NCBI GenBank assembly: GCA_041662625.1
Contig: JBAZSB010000001.1
Span: forward strand, 617,385-681,384
Direction of reading: 5' to 3'
From: Patescibacteria group bacterium
GTDB taxonomy: Bacteria > Patescibacteriota > Patescibacteriia > Buchananbacterales > UBA6539
DNA: 64,000 nucleotides
Position 1 is the first letter of the stretch. Each line of letters starts with the position of its first letter. The notes beneath the pieces are model-generated. The model had not been told where the DNA came from. It saw nothing but the letters and a program-made list of their open reading frames with translations, and did not search any database. A program made the position numbers and the translations under genes. Shown here piece by piece: positions 9,107 through 18,160 of this stretch.

Positions 9107-10396
9107 ATGGACAAGAATCTTAAAAAATATCACCAGGCAGTCAATTATCTTGAATCAATTACCAATCTGGAACAACCCGACTACCTTAAAAAAACTAGTG
9201 GTCGGTCTTTATTTTTAAAACGGTTTAATTATTTTCTAAAGATTTTGGGTAACCCTCAGCAGGGCTTAAATTATATCCATATTGGCGGCACTTCGGGTAA
9301 AGGATCGACCGCCACGATGATTCAATCAATTTTAACTGAAGCCGGTTTTAAAACCGGGCTTTTTACCTCACCTTTTTTAACTACTTCGATTGAAAAAATT
9401 AAAATTGATGATTTATTGATTAGCCCTGATGAATTTACTAATTTAGTGGAAAAACTAAAGCCCGCCGTTGATAAAGCTTATCTGACTTCTCCCTATGGCC
9501 GGCCGTCGTATTTTGAAATTTTTACCGCCTTAGCATTTTTATATTTCCGGCAAAAAAAATGCGATTGGGTGGTTCTGGAAGTTGGCTTAGGCGGCCGCTA
9601 TGACGCCACTAATGTCATCCCACCGCCAAAAATTACAGTAATTAATTTAATCGGCTATGACCACGTTGAATTATTAGGCAAAACTTTGACTAAAATTGCC
9701 ACGGAAAAAGCCGGCATCATCAAGCCTAAAACCAGTTTTTTTACCACCGCCAAAAATAATAAAAAGGTCTTGGCAATTTTTCAAAAAGCCTGTAAAAAAA
9801 ATCAGGCAGAGTTTAATATTGTAGGCTGGCCAAAAACAGAATATCGGCTGAATTTACTGGGTAAACACCAGCAAGGCAATGCCGCTTTAGCTGCGGCGGT
9901 AGCCAAAAAACTTGGCATCAACGAAGCCAAAATTAAAGCCGGACTGGCCAAAGTTAAAATGCCTTGCCGCCTGGAAATTATTCAAAAAAATCCCCTAATA
10001 ATTTTGGATGGGGCCCATAACGTTTCTAAAATAAAGACAACAGTTGATTTTATAAGAAATTTGACATATCAAAAATTATATATTATTATTGCCCTAACTA
10101 AAGAAAGGAATGGATCAGATATTTTCAAAAAAATAAAATTGCTAGCCAATCATTCATTTGTCACCAGGTTTCAGTCAATCCACCACAAATGTTACCCGCC
10201 AAAAGATCTAGCTAAAAGAATAAATTCTAGAAAGCCAGTTGAAATTTGTCTTGATCCGCAAATAGCTCTAAACCAAGCGCTAAAAATCGCTAATAAAAAA
10301 GATTTAATTCTGGTGACTGGCTCATTCTATTTAGCCGGCGAGCTACGAACTAACTGGCGAAGTGAAGAAAAAATATTAAAAGAAAGGAAAGTCTAA
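9107..10396 (+). CDS. folC: Folylpolyglutamate synthase/dihydrofolate synthase family ligase
   Basis: IHIGGTSGKGST, FTSPFL, EVGLGGRYDATNV, LDGAHN, TGSFYLAG; start could be 9080. Confidence 0.9.
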   Translation: MDKNLKKYHQAVNYLESITNLEQPDYLKKTSGRSLFLKRFNYFLKILGNPQQGLNYIHIGGTSGKGSTATMIQSILTEAGFKTGLFTSPFLTTSIEKIKIDDLLISPDEFTNLVEKLKPAVDKAYLTSPYGRPSYFEIFTALAFLYFRQKKCDWVVLEVGLGGRYDATNVIPPPKITVINLIGYDHVELLGKTLTKIATEKAGIIKPKTSFFTTAKNNKKVLAIFQKACKKNQAEFNIVGWPKTEYRLNLLGKHQQGNAALAAAVAKKLGINEAKIKAGLAKVKMPCRLEIIQKNPLIILDGAHNVSKIKTTVDFIRNLTYQKLYIIIALTKERNGSDIFKKIKLLANHSFVTRFQSIHHKCYPPKDLAKRINSRKPVEICLDPQIALNQALKIANKKDLILVTGSFYLAGELRTNWRSEEKILKERKV

Positions 10397-10398
10397 CA

Positions 10399-12645
10399 AT
10401 GCCAAAAAACTTAGTCATCGTCGAAAGTCCGACGAAGGCCAAAACTATCTCAAAATTTCTGGGGCGCGACTACAAAATCGAGTCCTCTTTTGGTCATATC
10501 CGCGATTTGCCAAAAAGCAAGTTGGGTGTTGACGTTGATAATAATTTTGAACCGCAGTACGTCATCCCGCCCAAAGCCAAAAAGCGGGTCGGCGAACTAA
10601 AAAAATTGGCCGATAAATCCGACTTGATCTATTTTGCCACTGACGAAGACCGCGAAGGCGAAGCCATTTCTTGGCATTTGGTTGAAATTTTAAAAACGCC
10701 AAAAAGTAAAATTAAACGTATTGTTTTTCATGAAATTACCGAGGAAGCAATCCAAGACGCTTTAAAGAATCCCCGGACTATTGATTTGAATCTGGTTGAT
10801 GCCCAACAAGCGCGCCGGGTTTTGGACCGCCTGGTTGGTTACCAGCTTTCGCCGCTACTTTGGAAAAAAGTGGCCCGGGGGCTTTCGGCTGGCCGGGTCC
10901 AATCAGTTGCTGTTCGGTTAATTGTTGAACGCGAACGCGAAATTCAAGCTTTCAAAGCCGAAGAATATTGGAGTATTGAAACTATATTTTGTCCCCAAAA
11001 AGTTAAAACCGGGGAAAAACCAATTGAATTTGGCGCTCAGCTAAATCAAATTGACGACAAGACAATTGATAAACTGGCCATTAAAAATCAAGAACAAGCC
11101 GATAAAATCCTGGCGGATTTAAAAAATGCCCAGTACATTATTACTGATTTAGAGAAAAAAGCCACCAAAAAAAATCCCCTACCTCCTTTTACCACTTCCA
11201 CCTTGCAGCAAGCCGCCAATAACCGCTTGGGTTTTTCTGCCAAACAAACCATGATGTTCGCCCAGCAACTTTATGAAGGGGTAGAGCTGGGCAGCCAAGG
11301 GGCTGTAGGTTTAATCACCTATATGAGAACTGACTCGCTTAACCTGGCTGATAAATTTTTGACTGAGGCTCAAAGTTATATTAAAGATAAATTCGGCGAT
11401 GATTACACCCACGGTAAAAAATTATACAAAGCCAAATCAAAAATGGCCCAAGAGGCCCACGAAGCCATCCGGCCGACCTCTGCCTCTAATGATCCAGAAT
11501 CAGTCAAACAATATTTGGATGACCGCCAATACAAACTCTATAAATTGATTTGGCAGCGCGCTTTGGCTAGCCAAATGAGCGAAGCAGTAATGGATAATAC
11601 CCGAGTTGATATCAAAGCCCAGGCAACTCCTTATACTTTCCGGGCCACTGGGTCAATTATTAAATTTGCCGGCTTTTTGAAAGTCTACCCCACCAGCACC
11701 AAAGAAAATATCCTGCCTGAATTAAAAATTAAAGATGAACTTGATTTGATCGCCATTGATCCCAACCAGCATTTCACCCAGCCACCAGCCCGCTATTCCG
11801 AAGCAACTTTAGTTAAAGCTTTGGAAGAATATGATATTGGCCGGCCCTCAACTTACGCGCCGACTATTTCCACCATTCAGGACAGAAACTACGTGGTTAA
11901 AGAAGATAAAAGACTTAAACCAACTGAAATCGGCATTTTAGTCAATGATCTGCTGGTTGAACATTTCCCGGAAATTGTTGACTATAAATTTACCGCTCGT
12001 CTGGAAGATGACTTGGATGAAATTGCTGAAGGTAAAATCAAATGGCAGCCAGTGATTCACGAATTTTGGGGACCATTCAAAAAAAACTTGGACAAAAAGG
12101 ATAAAGAATTAAGTAAAAAGGAATTGACCGAAACCAAAACCGATGAAATTTGTGAGAAGTGCGGAAAACCAATGGTGGTTAAAATCGGCCGGTTCGGTAA
12201 ATTTTTGGCCTGCACTGGCTACCCGGAATGTAAAAATACCAAACCAATTAGTAACTCTGATTTTGAACCGCCAGCGCCACCCCAAGAAACCGGCGAAAAA
12301 TGTCCTGAGTGCGGCAGTCCTTTAGTTAAAAGAAAAGGCCGCTTCGGCGAATTCGTTGGCTGCTCTAATTATCCCAAATGTAAATATATCAAAAAACAAC
12401 CGGCTCAAGAATTCGGCACTTGCCCCAAATGTGGCCAGGGTAAAATCACAGGCAAACGTTCCCGCCGCGGCTGGTTCTATGGCTGCAACCGCTATCCGGA
12501 TTGTAATTTTGCCTTATGGGGCAAGCCAGTGATTGAAGAGGGTAAAAATGAACCCCAGACTTGCCCGGACTGCAGCTCAATTCTAGTCTACGGACCAAAT
12601 GACACAATCAAATGCAGTGCTAAAGGTTGTAAATATAAAAAATAA
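10399..12645 (+). CDS. topA: DNA topoisomerase I with C-terminal zinc ribbons
   Basis: LVIVESPTKAKTI, ATDEDREGEAI, SAGRVQS, ITYMRTDS, C4 zinc fingers. Confidence 0.98.
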   Translation: MPKNLVIVESPTKAKTISKFLGRDYKIESSFGHIRDLPKSKLGVDVDNNFEPQYVIPPKAKKRVGELKKLADKSDLIYFATDEDREGEAISWHLVEILKTPKSKIKRIVFHEITEEAIQDALKNPRTIDLNLVDAQQARRVLDRLVGYQLSPLLWKKVARGLSAGRVQSVAVRLIVEREREIQAFKAEEYWSIETIFCPQKVKTGEKPIEFGAQLNQIDDKTIDKLAIKNQEQADKILADLKNAQYIITDLEKKATKKNPLPPFTTSTLQQAANNRLGFSAKQTMMFAQQLYEGVELGSQGAVGLITYMRTDSLNLADKFLTEAQSYIKDKFGDDYTHGKKLYKAKSKMAQEAHEAIRPTSASNDPESVKQYLDDRQYKLYKLIWQRALASQMSEAVMDNTRVDIKAQATPYTFRATGSIIKFAGFLKVYPTSTKENILPELKIKDELDLIAIDPNQHFTQPPARYSEATLVKALEEYDIGRPSTYAPTISTIQDRNYVVKEDKRLKPTEIGILVNDLLVEHFPEIVDYKFTARLEDDLDEIAEGKIKWQPVIHEFWGPFKKNLDKKDKELSKKELTETKTDEICEKCGKPMVVKIGRFGKFLACTGYPECKNTKPISNSDFEPPAPPQETGEKCPECGSPLVKRKGRFGEFVGCSNYPKCKYIKKQPAQEFGTCPKCGQGKITGKRSRRGWFYGCNRYPDCNFALWGKPVIEEGKNEPQTCPDCSSILVYGPNDTIKCSAKGCKYKK

Positions 12646-12669
12646 GATATAAGAAACAAGATATAATCT

Positions 12670-13224
12670 ATGTCTTTTTTTAATATAATCATGATTGCAA
12701 TTGCTTTATCTTTGGACGCCATGGCGGTGGCGGCAGTCAGCGGGACGCAAGATCGGCATATAACTTTCAGACAATCACTAAAAATTGCTCTCTCTTTTGG
12801 TTTTTTCCAATTTTTTATGCCACTAGTCGGCTGGATCGCCGGCGTTGGTTTAAAAGATTTTATCTCTGGATTTGATCATTGGATAGCATTTCTACTTCTG
12901 GTTGTTATTGGCTTAAAAATGTTAATGGAATCTTTTAGCCCTGCCAAAACAAACCGGGTTGACATAAACAACTGGAAAGTATCAATTTTACTATCTTTAG
13001 CTACTAGTATTGATGCCTTGATTGTTGGTATAACTTTTGCTCTACTGCCGGTGAAAATCTGGTTTGCCGCTATAATGATTGGTATTACTACCATAATTTT
13101 ATCTCTAGCGGCAATTTATATTGGTAAAAAATTTGGTGAACTTTGGGGTAAAAAATCCGAAGCAATCGGTGGCCTAGTACTGATTGGAATCGGCTTAAAA
13201 ATCTTGCTAGGACATTTATTTTAA
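12670..13224 (+). CDS. mntP: Manganese efflux pump MntP family
   Basis: ALSLDAMAV, FGFFQFFMP, DHWIAF, ATSIDAL, GGLVLIGIG. Confidence 0.9.
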   Translation: MSFFNIIMIAIALSLDAMAVAAVSGTQDRHITFRQSLKIALSFGFFQFFMPLVGWIAGVGLKDFISGFDHWIAFLLLVVIGLKMLMESFSPAKTNRVDINNWKVSILLSLATSIDALIVGITFALLPVKIWFAAIMIGITTIILSLAAIYIGKKFGELWGKKSEAIGGLVLIGIGLKILLGHLF

Positions 13225-13296
13225 ATTTAAAAAAACTTAACAAACAAAAAACCCTCCATTAGGAGGATTTTTTGTAACCTACGCAAAGAGGAAAAA

Positions 13297-13455
13297 TCAA
13301 TATATTGCCGCCATCGAATAGGAAACTACCGACAAAGCCAGATAGACTGGGAGTACTAGCGTGGCGGTCAAAACGGTAAATGTTCGGGAAATGTCAAAAT
13401 CGAAATCTGTTGGCTGCTCGCGAACTTGCGGTTGGATACATTCTTGCTTTTCCAT
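13297..13455 (-). CDS. Small 52-aa membrane protein (not in the ORF track)
   Basis: MEKQECIQPQVREQPTDFDFDISRTFTVLTATLVLPVYLALSVVSYSMAAIY*; hairpin at about 13247-13273 downstream. Confidence 0.45.
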   Translation of the reverse strand: MEKQECIQPQVREQPTDFDFDISRTFTVLTATLVLPVYLALSVVSYSMAAIY

Positions 13456-13698
13456 ACTTTTTGTTTTTATTTTTTAGATATCCCTCGCACAAAGCTTGGG
13501 CTGAAATTTTTAAGGAACAAAAGTTTTTTTGTCCCGACCTTTCGGGACTTTTTGTTTTTGCGCCCGTCAATTGTCTTAGGGCATGGTCTCACCAAAAGCC
13601 CCGAGCGACTGGCTTCAAAATAAGCTAAAGGGAGTCGAGGGGCGGAGGCGGACAATTTAAAAAGATAGGTCTTGGGCCTATCTGTATCATCTATAACC

Positions 13699-13727
13699 AG
13701 TATAGCATACCTAGCAATAAAAGTCAA
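13699..13727 (-). promoter_or_regulatory. Sigma70-like promoter
   Basis: TTGACT-17-TATACT. Confidence 0.65.
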
Positions 13728-13939
13728 GCGGAACGGGCGAAATTTTAATTAAATATTATAATATTTTAATATTAAAATTGATTCAATATTAAAAATTAGA
13801 AATTGAAAATTAACTAAAATGCGGCTGAAAGAGAGATGAACCCTGAAACCATGTTGATGCTAGGGTTCTCCTTTCAGACCGCAGAATTATGATAGCAAAT
13901 CTAACTTTATTTGGCAATAAAATATGTATGTATATAATT

Positions 13940-14340
13940 TGACCCGGACCTGTAAATTACCAGATCCGGGGGTGGACAAGGTTCGTTCTGCGTCAGCGAA
14001 GAGCCTTCCGAATAATGGACTTTTTGTTCGTGGCGGTATGCATCTACTAAAATTGCTACGAGTTGTAGTCGCTAGCAAACTACCATAGCTAATTCCTTCG
14101 ACACAGTGACCGGGCGTTGCCTCTCGTACACCAAACGAATTGTCACGCCGAAGTAGTTAAGAGAGGATTAACCTCTCCCCGAGGGCCCTTCGGCCAACCC
14201 TCAGCTAGTCGACAGCTTCTTCATGAGATGGATCCTCCGTGCGATTGGGGTTGCGGTTAAACTACACTACATTTGTCTTGCCAGCTCTGCCGCTGTTCCG
14301 TATTGACTTTACTGATGCAGTCTAGCGAGCAAACCTGACT
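13940..14340 (-). ncRNA. Candidate ~400-nt multi-hairpin ncRNA
   Basis: Several stems, no credible ORF, upstream promoter TTGACT-16-TAATAT, terminal hairpin CCCGGATCTG..CAGGTCCGGG. Confidence 0.5.
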
Positions 14341-14447
14341 TATTAATATTACACATTTTTCGAAAAAAGTCAAGGATTTGCTAAAAATATTGTGGCTATT
14401 TCACTTAAATAAATTTCAGATTTTAAGATAATAAAGTTTCAAGATAA

Positions 14448-14547
14448 AAAGAAAACACCCCAAGTAAAACCAAGGGTGTTTTCCGGTTTCTAGGATTATT
14501 CCTAGCATCAATATCGGCATCTTAGCACAGATTTATCAACTTGTCAA
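14448..14547 (-). promoter_or_regulatory. Promoter directly followed by a short hairpin and a terminator (near-empty transcription unit)
   Basis: TTGACA-17-TAAGAT; CTAGGAATAATCCTAG; GAAAACACCC..GGGTGTTTTC followed by T-tract. Confidence 0.5.
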
Positions 14548-14596
14548 GGCTTAATAAAAAGAGTAGGCTAAAAATAGACAAAGTAACATAAATAAT

Positions 14597-15640
14597 ATGG
14601 CTAAAAAATCTATGGCTAGAAGATTAAAAACTCTAACTAAAAGTAAGGTCAGCCCCAAAATTATTGCCGGGGTTATTGTTTTAATTGGCTTAATCGGCCT
14701 ATCTTTTGTTGGCTCTTCACTGCTAAGCACCTTTAATATTGCTATCACCAATACTAATGATAGTTCCAAGGGCGGCAGCACCAACGAACCCGGTTTAGTC
14801 GCCTATTATCGGTTTGATGAAGGCTCAGGTAATACAGCTACTGATAAAATTATCCAAAACAACGGCACAATTTACGGGGCTCAATGGACTGATAATGCTA
14901 TTTCAGGCAAAGCTTTAAATTTTGTTGGTGCTAATAATTATGTTGAGGTTCCTCATCATGATGTTTTAAATCTGACTGATGTGATTACGATTTCAGTCTG
15001 GATAAAATTGAACAAAACTGTGGCTGAACAAACTTATCAATACATGATTGTCAATAAATCAAACTGGACTGGTAAAGATGGCTTCCAACTTGTCTTTAAT
15101 AAACCTTATTCTAATAATTTAATTTTCAGGATCCTGTATGAAAATACTTTTAAAGATGCAGCTTGGGATGCCTCCAGTCTCAAAAAAAATATTTGGTATC
15201 ATCTTGTCGGCACTTATGACAAAAAATTTATTAAACTCTTTGTTGATGGCCAACTCAAAGCAATTGTAAGTCTAAGTAAGCCAATTGATATTACCACTAA
15301 CAAACTGTATATTGGCAACCCAGGAGCAGATTATTTTAATGGCAGCATTGATGAAGTAAAAATCTACGGTAAAACTCTAACTGATGATGAAATTTCTGCT
15401 GCCTACCTGAATACTCGCTGTAAAAGAGATAACATTGACCCTAGTAACATAACCGGCGCCCAGCATAATATGATAGTAAATTTCCCTGCTAATTTAACAA
15501 CGGCAGAAATAAATGGGATCTTGAGCGCTTATCCCTGGATGAATCCTTATAATTTAAACGCCTGCGATAAAATATTTTTGATTCAAAACGTGAATAATTC
15601 TTTCACTGATCCAGCTTTTGCTCCAATCTTTACTTATTAA
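14597..15640 (+). CDS. Membrane-anchored LamG/concanavalin-like domain protein
   Basis: GLVAYYRFDEGSG, TISVWIK, WYHLVGTYD, FNGSIDEVKIY. Confidence 0.88.
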   Translation: MAKKSMARRLKTLTKSKVSPKIIAGVIVLIGLIGLSFVGSSLLSTFNIAITNTNDSSKGGSTNEPGLVAYYRFDEGSGNTATDKIIQNNGTIYGAQWTDNAISGKALNFVGANNYVEVPHHDVLNLTDVITISVWIKLNKTVAEQTYQYMIVNKSNWTGKDGFQLVFNKPYSNNLIFRILYENTFKDAAWDASSLKKNIWYHLVGTYDKKFIKLFVDGQLKAIVSLSKPIDITTNKLYIGNPGADYFNGSIDEVKIYGKTLTDDEISAAYLNTRCKRDNIDPSNITGAQHNMIVNFPANLTTAEINGILSAYPWMNPYNLNACDKIFLIQNVNNSFTDPAFAPIFTY

Positions 15641-15652
15641 TACCTAAAAGAT

Positions 15653-16990
15653 ATGAATAAAAAAATACTTTTGTATCTAACCATTATTCTACTAGTTTTA
15701 GGCTCAGTAACCATTCTAAGTTACCCCGTATTGGCTAGACGCGCCGGCACTCAATACTATTTTAAAGCTGAAACTGGTTTCCCTTGTGGCGGGCTTTGTA
15801 CTGCCCAGGGCATACGCCCTCTTGGTTCAGAGGCTGGTTGTTCTTATGAATGTAAACCTGATTTTACACCTTTATGTTCAGATAACACTAACCCGAATTG
15901 GCCTTATGTTGATTATACAGTTGTTTGCACATTAAAAGCCGACTGCGGCTGTGACATAAAAGATCCTCATTGCGCTTCAGAATCGCAACACTGCGAGGAG
16001 AATGAAATAAGTTCTGAATTCACACCACCGGCCGATAACCCAGATGCTTTACCTTGTGGTGGCCATTCTTGTTGTCAAATTGCTTCAACCAGATCGTACA
16101 CCCAATGTATTGCTTGTACTCAGGAATTTAAAAATGGTCAGCTAATAGATATAAATGAGTGCGTCAAGGCAGAAGAATGTGGTGATCCTTGTTTGCAATG
16201 TCCGCCAGCCCATTGTGTTGTGCTTGACGCCAATAAAACCGGCCGTGATGTCGGCTACAAGTGTGTTCCTGATGAACCTACCCAGAAAAGCGCAGCAGGG
16301 GGCAGTAGCTACAGCGGATCCCCGGATGGTATTAAAACCAGTGATCTCGATGATAGCAGTATAACGGATGAAAATGGAAATGTTACCCCCTATCCTAAAT
16401 GCAAAAAGTGCAATAAAATTACTGAAATTGAATGTGAAGGCACACTAGGTAACTGGTGCTGCAAAAAAGGAAAAGAAACTTGCGGTGAAAAACCTCTGGC
16501 CGGATTAGGAACTAAAATTAAGGCTTGTGACCCTATCAGTTGCCCGACCGGTAATTACCCATCAGAGAACACCGTTAAATGCAATGGCGATGGCGAAGCG
16601 GCAGCGGCAATTTGTTGTAAACCAAATCCTGATGGTTCTAGCCCTTGCGGTAAAATTACAGTAACAAAACGAAGTCCCTTGCCACCATTTAAGATGATGA
16701 CTGTCACTGTTCCCACTTGCGTGCCTCCCGGTGATTGCAATTCTTCCTCAGAAGGCTATTGTGGTACTACTACTGATGGCAAGGCTGTTTGTTGTAAAGC
16801 CTCAGAAAATCAAAAATGTGTTCAGGTGGACGGGAAAAATCAACCAGCTTGCCAACCTTCAAGTTGTCCTTCTGGTCAAGTAAAATGTACCGGCAAAATT
16901 GAAGAGGCTGGACATACATCAACAGTCAGCATCTGCTGTAAGGCTTGTGGTGATCGTCACCCTAATGGTGCACCTTCCTGTGCTGATTAA
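15653..16990 (+). CDS. Secreted cysteine-rich protein
   Basis: Signal peptide; very many Cys residues with CC pairs. Confidence 0.75.
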   Translation: MNKKILLYLTIILLVLGSVTILSYPVLARRAGTQYYFKAETGFPCGGLCTAQGIRPLGSEAGCSYECKPDFTPLCSDNTNPNWPYVDYTVVCTLKADCGCDIKDPHCASESQHCEENEISSEFTPPADNPDALPCGGHSCCQIASTRSYTQCIACTQEFKNGQLIDINECVKAEECGDPCLQCPPAHCVVLDANKTGRDVGYKCVPDEPTQKSAAGGSSYSGSPDGIKTSDLDDSSITDENGNVTPYPKCKKCNKITEIECEGTLGNWCCKKGKETCGEKPLAGLGTKIKACDPISCPTGNYPSENTVKCNGDGEAAAAICCKPNPDGSSPCGKITVTKRSPLPPFKMMTVTVPTCVPPGDCNSSSEGYCGTTTDGKAVCCKASENQKCVQVDGKNQPACQPSSCPSGQVKCTGKIEEAGHTSTVSICCKACGDRHPNGAPSCAD

Positions 16991-17021
16991 TAAACAAAAT
17001 ATAAATTAAAAGAAACAGCCG

Positions 17022-17384
17022 TCACGACTTGCTGACGGCTGTCATAATAGCGCTCGATCGAACATCCAGCTCGGCAAGCTGGTCGATGATCGCCATGAGA
17101 AACACCTCGTCTCTCGGGGTCAATGCGTGGGCATCGATCCACGGGAAAGCTTGAATCAACTCATCATAGCGATTCACAAAGTGTTCCTTGTCTTGCTGGA
17201 ACTGCGCGAGCAGCTGCTGCTGCTCAGCAGTTAGGTTGCTGGGATCAATTTCCCGCCACCCCTGGTAGGCTTGCTGCAACTCTAGGTTGCCTTTCAAAGC
17301 CTGCTTCACAGGAGTACTAGCGCAACCAGCGCCAACAACCAGTAATATCACCAGCCAAAGAGCAGTAGTCTGTTTCATTCTCAT
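17022..17384 (-). CDS. GC-rich orphan lipoprotein
   Basis: MRMKQTTALWLVILLVVGAGC lipobox-like; SD GGAGG; own promoter and terminator hairpin. Confidence 0.7.
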   Translation of the reverse strand: MRMKQTTALWLVILLVVGAGCASTPVKQALKGNLELQQAYQGWREIDPSNLTAEQQQLLAQFQQDKEHFVNRYDELIQAFPWIDAHALTPRDEVFLMAIIDQLAELDVRSSAIMTAVSKS

Positions 17385-17498
17385 GTCCTCCACCCCGAAA
17401 ACGGGGTTAGCTTTTCAACCTGGTTTTATTCCTAAATTATACAATACCATAAATTTATCCTCTTGTCAAGCACATTTTCCAATGCTATAATTGCCTTG

Positions 17499-18122
17499 AT
17501 GAAAGAAAAAATCACAAAGGTAATTTTGATTAGTTTGGGAATTTTTTTTATTGCCTTTGGCACTTTTGCCATGGACTTTGGTATTTACCGCGGCAAACCC
17601 GGCTGGTTGCTCTGGCTCTGCTATTGGGGCATGGTCATTATCGGCTTTGGCATTTTAACTAAAAATGGCTATCTCATTTTAAGCCAAATAAATATTTTAA
17701 CTATTCCCCTGCTCTTTTGGAACATCGACTTTACTCATTATCTTGCAACCGGCAAAGACCTTTGGGGCATTACCGATTATTTCTTTGGCGAGATGCTAAA
17801 GACTGCCCGCTTCATCAGTTTCGAACATCTTTTTTTATTACCCCTAACACTTCTGGCGCTTTATTTAATTAAGATTAATAAAAAAGGCGCCTGGAAACTC
17901 AGTCTGGCGCAACTCGCCCTGTTTTTTGTCTTAAGCCGGCTTTTCACTAATCCCGAACATAATGTCAATTGCGTTTTTGTTTCTTGCTACCCGTTTTTTC
18001 CTACTGATAGCTGGCATCCCTTAAGATGGTTTTTGGTTTATGGCGCCATGATTTTGTTTACTTATTGGATCATAAGCGTTATGCCACTTTTTAAAAAGAA
18101 AATTGCTAAAAAAAATCAATGA
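17499..18122 (+). CDS. Multi-pass membrane protein
   Basis: About 6 hydrophobic segments, WLCY and NVNC motifs. Confidence 0.75.
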   Translation: MKEKITKVILISLGIFFIAFGTFAMDFGIYRGKPGWLLWLCYWGMVIIGFGILTKNGYLILSQINILTIPLLFWNIDFTHYLATGKDLWGITDYFFGEMLKTARFISFEHLFLLPLTLLALYLIKINKKGAWKLSLAQLALFFVLSRLFTNPEHNVNCVFVSCYPFFPTDSWHPLRWFLVYGAMILFTYWIISVMPLFKKKIAKKNQ

Positions 18123-18160
18123 GCCTATAATAAAATTAGCCAATAATTAACCAAAACTTT

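Noticed and set aside
12646-12669. yybP-ykoY riboswitch before mntP
   Set aside because: The intergenic gap is only 24 nt
13940-14340. RNase P RNA or group I intron
   Set aside because: Conserved RNase P P4 motifs were not found, and there is no interrupted host gene
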